A model generated the notes under the pieces. The model was not told the origin of the DNA. It did no database searches and saw nothing but the letters and a program-made list of their open reading frames with translations. Positions 16,420-24,265 of a DNA stretch of 35,928 bases are shown here, piece after piece. The stretch is from the IMG/VR virus record IMGVR_UViG_3300025842_000306. One strand, 5' to 3'. The translations under genes and the position numbers were made by a program. Numbering within the stretch: position 1 is the stretch's first letter; each line of letters opens with the position of its first letter. Origin of the DNA: a virus.

Positions 16420-18249
16420 TTACGCTGTCAGCGCATCCTTCATCGCTGCGAACGACTCAGCGTGACGAACTGCGATGTCCACGTCTTGCAACGCTACGAC
16501 ACGAACTGTTCCGCTGGTGCTGCCAGTGTATGGATCAACAGTCAGATCCAGTGCACCCCACTGACCGATGATCAGGTCGGCGAAGTTGCCGAACAGAATT
16601 GCCGAGCACACACCGGAGCTGGTGCCTTTTGTGAGGTTGCTTGGAACTTGGTTGGACACAGTTGCGTTGTAGCCGTTGACAATGCCGTCTTCCCACACGA
16701 AGTCATCACCATAGGTGGCGACTTTTTGTGTTGATTTCAGCTTGCCGCGCACTTTGGCGTTGGTCAGATAACCCATCGCGCCAACGTCTGCATTTGCCAC
16801 AGCGACCAATGTCTCAAGGTCGATCATGTTCTGGTAGGTTGGTGCCAAGCCGTTGGTGCCGCCTGCCACAGAGCCGATGCCTGATGTGTTCAAGATGCCG
16901 GTTGGTTGGTTGGATGCGCCAGAGCCATTCACGCCTGCCAAGTCGATCGCCAGAGCCAGCACAGTCGCCAAGTCGTTGCGAACGAAACCTTCCACATCGA
17001 TGCTGGACTGCAACAGCAACTTGCGGCTGATGTCAGTGAAAGCACCAACTGTGCGAGGTGTCATCGCTACTTGGTCGAAAGCTTGTTGGCTTTCTGTTGG
17101 TGCGCCAGACTCGGCAACCCAGTACGCTGTAGCGCCGCCAGTTGCACGTGGGATGGCGATGTTGCCGACCAAGCCAGTGAGGAACTGAGCGCCCAAGCCT
17201 GTGAGGGCCATCTTGTTGCGCAATAGGTCGATGAACGACGCTGCCAACAGGTTTGTGGCAACAGAGTGGCCGCCTGCTGTTGTAGTTGCGACGTTTAGAT
17301 CACGGCGTTGTACTTCGCTTGGAACGAAGAATCCAGATGCTGCACGGCCATGCTTACCAGCGAAAGCGTCAGACGCTTCACGCTCGAATGCAGCCAACTC
17401 TTGCGCCTTGCGGTCGCCAGGGTTTGCTAGTGCATTGATGGCGCGCAAGAACGAGTAGTTCTTCGCTTCTTTTTCAGACATGCCGATGTCGGCAGTCGGT
17501 ACGGGCGCAGTGCTGACCTTTTGCAGTACCACTGCACGGAACTGATCGACTGGCTGGCCGGAGCGCAATGCTTCGGATGCTAATTTATCAGCGCCATACT
17601 TGGCGAACTGTTCGCCGATGGCGATGATCTCTGCGATGCGTTTTTGCTCACCACCCAGCGCGTCTTTAACGGCGCGTTGTTGGTTTTCTTCGTGATTTAT
17701 TTCTGGCATTTTGTTCTCCTGAATTTGGATGACTGGATTGGGTTCGGTTGTTTCCATGCTGCGCCCGACGCCGACAGATGTGTCGGCAGGTACGGATACC
17801 AGAGAGACTTCGAACGGCTCCCAGTCGCTTACGCGATAGGTGTCTTTGTCTTCTTCAGTTGATTGCAGCACGGCTTTGTGGATGACATACCCCACGGATA
17901 CGTTGCGGCGGATACCGTCTTTCACATCGTTGAACACTTCCTCTGCGCGGGCGCTTTTCCCAAAGCGGACAACGGCGCGGCCTACCCGGTCAGCGCCGAT
18001 CTGCACAGACTCAATGACACCAACATGATCTCGGCTGTTGTGATCCATCAACAATGGGCCGCCAGATGTCATGCGGCCAAGGCGAACGGATTGTGGAGAG
18101 AGATCGAGTATCTCGACCCCCCAATATCTTTCGTATGGTGTTTCAGATGCGAAGGCAAGCTCGACTGTGCGAGCTTCTTCGTTGACGGCTGCGCGCTCAA
18201 CTTGGAATGAGCGATGCAGTTGTGATCCTTGCTTAAGTTCTTTTTTCAT
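16420..18249 (-). CDS. Prohead protease - scaffold/delta - HK97-fold major capsid protein fusion (609 aa)
   Basis: The N-terminal ~165 aa resemble a caudoviral prohead serine protease (GGPLLMDHNSRDHVGVIESV, VSVGY, SLVSVPAD). The central part is a helical linker. The C-terminal ~330 aa resemble HK97-type capsid (FIDLLRNKMALTGLGAQF...DISRKLLLQSS...). Confidence 0.8.
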   Translation of the reverse strand: MKKELKQGSQLHRSFQVERAAVNEEARTVELAFASETPYERYWGVEILDLSPQSVRLGRMTSGGPLLMDHNSRDHVGVIESVQIGADRVGRAVVRFGKSARAEEVFNDVKDGIRRNVSVGYVIHKAVLQSTEEDKDTYRVSDWEPFEVSLVSVPADTSVGVGRSMETTEPNPVIQIQENKMPEINHEENQQRAVKDALGGEQKRIAEIIAIGEQFAKYGADKLASEALRSGQPVDQFRAVVLQKVSTAPVPTADIGMSEKEAKNYSFLRAINALANPGDRKAQELAAFEREASDAFAGKHGRAASGFFVPSEVQRRDLNVATTTAGGHSVATNLLAASFIDLLRNKMALTGLGAQFLTGLVGNIAIPRATGGATAYWVAESGAPTESQQAFDQVAMTPRTVGAFTDISRKLLLQSSIDVEGFVRNDLATVLALAIDLAGVNGSGASNQPTGILNTSGIGSVAGGTNGLAPTYQNMIDLETLVAVANADVGAMGYLTNAKVRGKLKSTQKVATYGDDFVWEDGIVNGYNATVSNQVPSNLTKGTSSGVCSAILFGNFADLIIGQWGALDLTVDPYTGSTSGTVRVVALQDVDIAVRHAESFAAMKDALTA

Positions 18250-18271
18250 GTTGGCAGTTTCTCCATAAAAA

Positions 18272-18299
18272 GTGTCACCATTAAGGCAAAGCGGTTACA
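18272..18299. repeat. 28-bp conserved element, copy 1 (portal stop / upstream of the capsid gene)
   Basis: gtgtcaccattaaggcaaaGcggttaca matches 20348-20375 at 27 of 28 positions. Confidence 0.9.
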
Positions 18300-19777
18300 T
18301 CCGGTGCATCTGATTTGGTTGGCTGTTGTTGGTTTCCGCTTGCGTAACTGACGACGCTGACGTTCTTGTCTTTGACCATCTGCTCGAATGCAGAGATTGA
18401 GTCGAGCACATCCTCGATGTCCATACCCATCTGTGCTGCGATCTGTTGCGGGCTAGATACGCCGGATTGCACAGCCAAGCGTGCCGCCTCGATATCTTTC
18501 ATTGGATCTACCCATGCCCAGCGACGGCCTTGCCAGATGTGTTCGCGGAATTTGTCGAACTTGGCCAGCGGGATGGCGCTGCCATTTGGCATGACGACTT
18601 TCTGGTTAAGTAAAGCCAGCTTCAGCCACTCTTCGAACAGTGGGGTGAGGAACGCTTCAGCGAACCAGTTCTGCACGGTCATCCACTGGTCACGCTCTTC
18701 CAGTGCGCCAGAACGCAGGCTGGAATAGTTGACGCCTTCTAAGTCGTTAGCCAATGAGTTGTAGCTGATGTCCATGCCTGATGCGATACCTCGCAGGCAG
18801 GATTTGACGAATGCGCCGTATTGGTTCTGTGGGTAGTCTGGGTTGAAGCTTTGGAATTGATAACCTTGTGGCAATACGCCAAAGGTCCCGGCTTCTGCAT
18901 CAGCCATGAATTCACCTGCATCATCTTGTCCGTCTGCCAATCCAGCTGGTGATCCATCTGGTGTGGTGAAGAATCCCATCTTGGCTGCACCCACGCGGGA
19001 GGCAATGACAGCAGCTTCTTCGTAACCTTTTAGGTTATGTAAGCGCAGCATGGCGCTATGCGCCCAAGGGATGCCGCGCGTCTGCTCGGCGTGTTCGGGA
19101 AGGTAGAGGTGAACGATGTCATCGGCGGGGATGCGTAATATCTTGCCCTGCCCTTGCGATCCACCAGGTGCTTGCTCATGCAGGTGATAGGCGATAGGGC
19201 GATGGAATTCATTGATCTCGACGCCCATGATGATGGCGTTCTGGCCGTTGGTTGGATTGCGATTGACCATCGTGGCCAAGCGAGAGACATCGAGCAGTTG
19301 CAGTGCGAACCCGTAGTCGTTACCGGATTGGGTTCCGCGTACCTTGCGTACCAAGGCTTCGCCGTCACGGGCGATGGCTTTGCACAGGTTGCGCTGCACG
19401 TCGGCAAAGCCTAGCTTGCCAGACACCTCGCACGATCCTTTGCGCGCCCATAGATAGAACGCTTTTTCAATGGCTGCATTGGCGAGTGAATCTGGTTTGC
19501 CAAAGTCGTTGCTGCGGGCTTGTAGGATGAATCCAGAATGGCCTGCGACATTACGCTCTACCATCCGTAGGAATCGGCGGATGTAGTCGTTGTTGTTTGC
19601 CATATCGCGTGAGCGCGCGCGCAGTCTATCTAGGTCGGTGCGCAACTCCATATCGATGGTGTTGGCTGTACCGAGCCATGACCGGGTAAGACGATTGACC
19701 TTGGCCGCATCGAATGAGCGCTTGTGTTTAACAGGCTCGGCGCTGCGCTTGAACTCAAAACCAAGGAATCTCATCAA
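18281..19777 (-). CDS. Portal protein (lambda gpB family)
   Basis: 498 aa. The N-terminal ...SFDAAKVNRLTRSW...TDLDRLRARSRDMANNNDYIRRF is typical of lambda-type portals. Lies downstream of the terminase and W-like genes. Confidence 0.85.
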   Translation of the reverse strand: MMRFLGFEFKRSAEPVKHKRSFDAAKVNRLTRSWLGTANTIDMELRTDLDRLRARSRDMANNNDYIRRFLRMVERNVAGHSGFILQARSNDFGKPDSLANAAIEKAFYLWARKGSCEVSGKLGFADVQRNLCKAIARDGEALVRKVRGTQSGNDYGFALQLLDVSRLATMVNRNPTNGQNAIIMGVEINEFHRPIAYHLHEQAPGGSQGQGKILRIPADDIVHLYLPEHAEQTRGIPWAHSAMLRLHNLKGYEEAAVIASRVGAAKMGFFTTPDGSPAGLADGQDDAGEFMADAEAGTFGVLPQGYQFQSFNPDYPQNQYGAFVKSCLRGIASGMDISYNSLANDLEGVNYSSLRSGALEERDQWMTVQNWFAEAFLTPLFEEWLKLALLNQKVVMPNGSAIPLAKFDKFREHIWQGRRWAWVDPMKDIEAARLAVQSGVSSPQQIAAQMGMDIEDVLDSISAFEQMVKDKNVSVVSYASGNQQQPTKSDAPDVTALP

Positions 19778-20340
19778 AACCTCACGAGTAGTCGATTGCC
19801 AGCCGAGAGGCCGTTGTTGATACGATCTGCCGCTTCTTCTGCACGCACTTCATGCTGGTAGCGTGAGCGCAGGGCGATCAGTTCGTTCTTGGGGATGTAC
19901 TTCATCACACGACCGGCGATCTGGTATTCAGCCACGCCAGGGTCGCGGCTTTCCAGCCAAGTCTCGATAGCAGCCAGCATCTTTTTGGCATGACTGCGAG
20001 TATCTAGGCCGGAGGATTGAGCGGCGAGGTTTGGCTTGATGATGATGCTGCCGTTGGCTACGGTGAATCGCTGTGAGCCTGATGTGACATAGGCTTGCCA
20101 CGAGTATGTACCGGCGGCATAGGCCGCACTGGTGGCGGCATCTACGCTGATCAGATGGTCATCGCCGTCTGCAGCTGATGCGATGTCGTATTTTCCGCCA
20201 GAATTGATCAGGCGATAATTCAATACCCATCCGGCGCTAGATGGATAGTCTGCTAGAGAGATACGCCATTGAAGCGTATCGCCAGCCGTGACATTGACGG
20301 GGACGGTAGTTGGAATTTGATCCATGCTGACAGTCTGCAT
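19774..20340 (-). CDS. Head-tail joining gpW-like protein with a ~110-aa N-terminal extension
   Basis: The C-terminal HAKKMLAAIETWL...YQIAGRVMKYIPKNELIALRSRYQHEV resembles lambda gpW. ATGA overlap with the portal gene. Confidence 0.5.
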   Translation of the reverse strand: MQTVSMDQIPTTVPVNVTAGDTLQWRISLADYPSSAGWVLNYRLINSGGKYDIASAADGDDHLISVDAATSAAYAAGTYSWQAYVTSGSQRFTVANGSIIIKPNLAAQSSGLDTRSHAKKMLAAIETWLESRDPGVAEYQIAGRVMKYIPKNELIALRSRYQHEVRAEEAADRINNGLSAGNRLLVRF

Positions 20341-20347
20341 GGCATGG

Positions 20348-20375
20348 GTGTCACCATTAAGGCAAAACGGTTACA
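20348..20375. repeat. 28-bp conserved element, copy 2 (Mor-like stop / upstream of the W-like gene)
   Basis: gtgtcaccattaaggcaaaAcggttaca matches 18272-18299 at 27 of 28 positions. Confidence 0.9.
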
Positions 20376-20682
20376 CATATCTTCTGCGAGATTTTAAGTA
20401 TGAGTCCCAGATTTTATACACCATTGGCCTGCTTATCTTGTATCGGTTTGCCACCAACCCGACCCGCTCTCCATTATTCAAGTCGCGGATGATGGATTGG
20501 TTGCGCCGCGTCATCTCGATCTGCGCATCCTCGCCAGACTTGGCGATATATACGCGGTCTCCACCCCAGTCGTGACGAAGCTGCTGCTCTACTTCTCGTG
20601 CCAATGACTCAGAGAACCCGCCTTCACGCTGGACGGCTTCATTTAATCGGGTGAATAGGTCTTTAATGAAGTCGCAGCTCAT
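20371..20682 (-). CDS. Mor-family transcriptional activator-like protein (103 aa)
   Basis: WGGDRVYIAKS...RRNQSIIRDLNNGERVGLVANRYKISRPMVYKIW fits the Mu Mor/C-type pattern (GG.R.YIPK ... LA..Y.LS...VY.I). Confidence 0.6.
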   Translation of the reverse strand: MSCDFIKDLFTRLNEAVQREGGFSESLAREVEQQLRHDWGGDRVYIAKSGEDAQIEMTRRNQSIIRDLNNGERVGLVANRYKISRPMVYKIWDSYLKSRRRYV

Positions 20683-20756
20683 TCTGTCTCGCTTTTAAAG
20701 GTGGGTGTGTTTACGTCTGCACACTGGTTCGGCATGTGGTTGCAGGTGTAATGGCT

Positions 20757-20948
20757 TCACGGTAGGTGATGCTTGTCACGGCATGGCGCACAGGCACCCT
20801 CTACGATCCGGCCAGACCATTCACCACATAGGCCACATTCACCAGCGACGCCAACTGGTATCGCTTGCGCGACGCTGCGCGCTTGTTTCAAGGCGAACTC
20901 ACGGTCTGTCTGTTCGCGCTCTTGGCCTTTGTCTATCTCGTCACTCAT
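20757..20948 (-). CDS. TraR/DksA-family C4 zinc-finger protein
   Basis: CGLCGE...x15...CAPC. AAGGGG RBS. TGATG overlap with the TerL stop. Confidence 0.7.
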   Translation of the reverse strand: MSDEIDKGQEREQTDREFALKQARSVAQAIPVGVAGECGLCGEWSGRIVEGACAPCRDKHHLP

Positions 20949-22906
20949 CACCACCCCTTCACTGAATAACCACTACGTCGTTTTGCCGCAGGTCTCTGCG
21001 GTACAAGTTGTTCTTCTCGTTTGTCTTGATTAATTGGCTCCACCTTCACAATCATTGCATCGCCTTCCAGCGTGACGGCGAGACGCTCCCAATACTTCGG
21101 ATCCGGCCTGCCCGTCCGTCCACGCCCGATGTTGATGTCGCGGTGCTGGCCGATGGCCCAGGCATACACCATCGTGTCGAGCGGTTCGTTACGCTTGAAG
21201 CGCGCGCCGATGCGGGGGATGTAGCGTTTTTTCTCGGGGTCGTACACTTCAGAGAGCAGACCGTCGTAGTAGGTGTCTTCCAGCCTTTGTGGGAAGTTGA
21301 AGGTGCGCTCGGTCTGTTGGCGTTCTCCGTCGGCGGCGAGGTGGGCGAAGATGAAGTCCTTGCAGTGTTCGGTGCCGACGTTCCACACCATGTAGCCGTG
21401 GCGGATGACTTTGCCGGTGCGGGTTTTGGTGGGGCTGCTGCCGCTTTGGGCAATGGCGCGACCGATGCGGTTGGTGGCGCCCTGCACGGAATAGACGGGG
21501 ATGCGCAGGCTGGGGCGCATGACGAAGTTTTTCACCTCTTCAGTGCGGTGTCCCCGGCTGTCTATTCCGGCGGCGCGTATCTTCATTTCTTTGCCGTAGC
21601 TGTTGACCAGCGGGCGGTGCAGGAAGGCTTCCAGTTCGTTCCACACGTCTGCACCGGTGGTGTCGCCCTGTATCTCGGTGAAGTCGATCACCCACAGGCG
21701 CGCGGGGCCGTGTTCTTCGGCGGGTGCGCCCCAGCCCAGCAGGGTGATGGCTAGCCATTTGTCTTGAGTGTCGATGCCGACGGTGAGGGCCAGCACGCCG
21801 GGCGGGATGATGCCTTGCTGGTATTCGCCCGCGCGCGTGGCCAGCTCGTGCGTCTTGAGCTTTTCGGATTGGTCTTCCCACGCTTCGCCGAGGTTTTGGT
21901 TGATGAAGCTCTTGAGCTGCACCGGCTCTTTGTGGATGCGCTTGAAGTGGATCACCAGATCGAGCCAGGACGGGCCGAGGCCGATGGGCGCGTAGAGTGC
22001 GCTGATGTGGTAGCTGCGCACGCGGCGCTCGGGGTGTTCCGGGATCCAGATGCCGCCTTCGAGCATGGCGGGCTTGTGGTGCTCTTCTATGATGCAGCCC
22101 TGCTCGCAGATGTATTCGGCTGCGGTCAGCGTGATGTTGGCTTTGACGTGGCTCCATTGCAGCACCTGCCGCTCGCCGCAATGCGGGCAGGCGACGTGGT
22201 AGCGGCGCTGGTCGCCATCCTCAAAGCCGCGCTCGATCAGCGATGCACCCTTAAGCGTGGGTGTGCTGGCGAACAGCAGCTTGTGGCGCACAAAGGCTTT
22301 CACGCGCGAGCGCGCCAGCTCCACCGGGTCGCCTTCGTCGCCGATCTGCGCGGGGAAGCGGTCGAGATCATCCATCATCAGGCAGCGCACGGACTTTTGC
22401 GCGTAGCTGTTGGGCGAGTTGCCGCCGGCGAGGAACAGGATGCCGCCTGGGAAGTCGATCAGTTCTTTGCTGTGTGCCGCATCGCGGCTGCGCAGCCCGC
22501 CCAGCATGTCGCGGATGCACGGCGTATCGGTCAGCAGCGGGTTGAGCTTCTGCACCTTCCAGGTGTCGCGCGCTTCCAGCGTCGGCATGAGCACCATCGC
22601 AGGGCCCGGCGCGTAGTCCATGGTGTAGCCCAGCCAGTTCACCGACATCTCGGTGACGCCCACCTGCGACGACTTCATGATCCACACCTCGCGCACGGAC
22701 GAGTGCAACGACAGGCAATCCATGATCTCGCGCAGCATCGGGTTGCGCGCCGTGCGCCAGCGCCCCACCTCACCACTGCCCTTGCTCGACAACACGCGAT
22801 GGTTGTCCGCCCACTGCGACACCGTGAGCCGACCGCGCGGGCGCACTGCGCGGGCGGCAGCGGCGGACATGACTTGCATTGTGGATTGGGTTAGGGGGGG
22901 GTTCAT
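20948..22906 (-). CDS. terL: Terminase large subunit (lambda gpA family)
   Basis: ...LTVSQWADNHRVLSSKGSGEVGRWRTARNPMLREIMD...SSQVGVTE is typical of Terminase_GpA. The ATG at 22906 forms an ATGA overlap with the upstream gene. Confidence 0.9.
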   Translation of the reverse strand: MNPPLTQSTMQVMSAAAARAVRPRGRLTVSQWADNHRVLSSKGSGEVGRWRTARNPMLREIMDCLSLHSSVREVWIMKSSQVGVTEMSVNWLGYTMDYAPGPAMVLMPTLEARDTWKVQKLNPLLTDTPCIRDMLGGLRSRDAAHSKELIDFPGGILFLAGGNSPNSYAQKSVRCLMMDDLDRFPAQIGDEGDPVELARSRVKAFVRHKLLFASTPTLKGASLIERGFEDGDQRRYHVACPHCGERQVLQWSHVKANITLTAAEYICEQGCIIEEHHKPAMLEGGIWIPEHPERRVRSYHISALYAPIGLGPSWLDLVIHFKRIHKEPVQLKSFINQNLGEAWEDQSEKLKTHELATRAGEYQQGIIPPGVLALTVGIDTQDKWLAITLLGWGAPAEEHGPARLWVIDFTEIQGDTTGADVWNELEAFLHRPLVNSYGKEMKIRAAGIDSRGHRTEEVKNFVMRPSLRIPVYSVQGATNRIGRAIAQSGSSPTKTRTGKVIRHGYMVWNVGTEHCKDFIFAHLAADGERQQTERTFNFPQRLEDTYYDGLLSEVYDPEKKRYIPRIGARFKRNEPLDTMVYAWAIGQHRDINIGRGRTGRPDPKYWERLAVTLEGDAMIVKVEPINQDKREEQLVPQRPAAKRRSGYSVKGW

Positions 22907-23751
22907 TCGCACAGCCCGAACTTAGATTCGCAGCTCGGCCTTTCTTCCACGATCTTGATAAAGTCCTGTTGGCGACCACCGCGCGCAGTCGTGCACCATT
23001 CCAGCACATCATCCATAGTGTTGATCGCCATTCCAGGAACCATTGGCGCGAAATATGTGCGCCCGGTGTTGCGCTCATAGGCGCGTATCTTTTGGATTTC
23101 TTCGGGAAAGCGTTGCGACCAAAGCAGGATGTCTCCCTTCCCGCTATTGATGCACGGAGCGCAACCAACTCGACCAAACCCCAGCTTGTAGAGTGGGTTG
23201 TATTCCTCGCCGCGCGCTGTCACGTACTCGAAACACATCTTCTTGCTCCAGTCGGCCAGCGGATGGTTTACATAGCAATCAAAGAACTTATCGAACTCGC
23301 GGAAAGGCGTGTTTTTTCTGGCATCCGATTCGTCTCGGCGCAGCCCGGTGTATCTCTCGTAGTCGTCAGATACATTCTCATCAACCCAACGGCGAAGCGG
23401 ATTCAGTTTCAATATCTCAGTGCAGAATTGAGCCTTGCGTGATGGAGCTCTACCCTTGACCTTCATCATTCCCTCGAAGGTCAGTTCGTCTGTGCTGTTG
23501 AACCCCCTCGTCTCTGCAAACCGCTCCGTTTTCCAGAGATCGGCATAAGTGCCCATTACCTGTACCACAGGGAATACGTTTTCCGAATACCAGTTGATGA
23601 ACGCTTCGGTTATCGGGCTTTCGTTCTTCCCTGCCTTTGAGTTGAGCAGAATGATCTCGTCGCCCGGGTGCCGGTTTCGCACATGCAGTGCAGCCGCTTG
23701 CGAATCAATTCCCCCGGAAAAACCAACAATGCGGATCACGCTTTCCCCCAT
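22903..23751 (-). CDS. PP-loop ATP pyrophosphatase / PAPS-reductase-family protein (DndC/IbrA-like fold)
   Basis: The N-terminal IVGFSGGIDSQAAAL is the SGGxDS PP-loop. Cysteine pairs GCAPC and CESKFGLCE follow. An alternative GTG start at 23739 would form a GTGA overlap with TerS. Confidence 0.75.
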   Translation of the reverse strand: MGESVIRIVGFSGGIDSQAAALHVRNRHPGDEIILLNSKAGKNESPITEAFINWYSENVFPVVQVMGTYADLWKTERFAETRGFNSTDELTFEGMMKVKGRAPSRKAQFCTEILKLNPLRRWVDENVSDDYERYTGLRRDESDARKNTPFREFDKFFDCYVNHPLADWSKKMCFEYVTARGEEYNPLYKLGFGRVGCAPCINSGKGDILLWSQRFPEEIQKIRAYERNTGRTYFAPMVPGMAINTMDDVLEWCTTARGGRQQDFIKIVEERPSCESKFGLCE

Positions 23752-24257
23752 TTCGCGATCTTGTCCGCAATATCCGTCAACACCTGCTCGAACGATTCCA
23801 CCAGCACTGCGCGGACGGCTTCGGTGTCGTTGAGCGGCACCAGCTCAGGCGCGAGACGATCCGGCAACACTTCGAGCGAGCCGCGAAACGTGGCGGCCAG
23901 GTCGGCGGCGAACAGGCGGGCTTCTTCGGCATCGACAAGCTTGCCGCTGGCGCGCTCGTATTCCAGCTTGGCGGTGAGCGCCTTGTATTTTTCATTTACC
24001 GCTTTGGCTTGTTGGAAGCTGTTGCCGACCGCGTCGTTCTGCGGCGCGCGCGGCGGCGCGGATGCCTCGGGCTGGCGCGCTGCCACCGCGTCCGCGCGGC
24101 TGGGGTCGGCGGTCATGGCGATGAGGTTCTGGCTTTTCTCCACATCAACTAACCCATCCGCCGTGAGCACCAGCCGCCCGGCCTGCTTTAGGCGGGTGAC
24201 GTAGGACTTGTTCTTGCCTAGGATGGCGGCAAATTCTGATTGGGTGGCGGCGGTCAT
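23736..24257 (-). CDS. terS: Terminase small subunit (Nu1-like, N-terminal HTH)
   Basis: The N-terminal TQSEFAAILGKNKSYVTRLKQAGRL is an HTH, followed by a coiled-coil middle. Sits upstream of TerL. Confidence 0.65.
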   Translation of the reverse strand: MTAATQSEFAAILGKNKSYVTRLKQAGRLVLTADGLVDVEKSQNLIAMTADPSRADAVAARQPEASAPPRAPQNDAVGNSFQQAKAVNEKYKALTAKLEYERASGKLVDAEEARLFAADLAATFRGSLEVLPDRLAPELVPLNDTEAVRAVLVESFEQVLTDIADKIAKWGKA

Positions 24258-24265
24258 GGTTTAGC

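Noticed and set aside
15886-16734. 282-aa plus-strand ORF spanning the head-tail joining genes and the capsid 3' end
   Set aside because: Crosses several well-supported minus-strand genes and an intergenic hairpin. Cys/Arg/Ser-rich junk-like translation.
21764-22894. 376-aa plus-strand ORF antisense to the terminase large subunit (with similar cases at 21008..21754 and 21540..22181)
   Set aside because: A typical GC-rich shadow ORF, Ala/Arg/Gly/His-rich with no motifs. The opposite strand carries an unambiguous gpA-type terminase.
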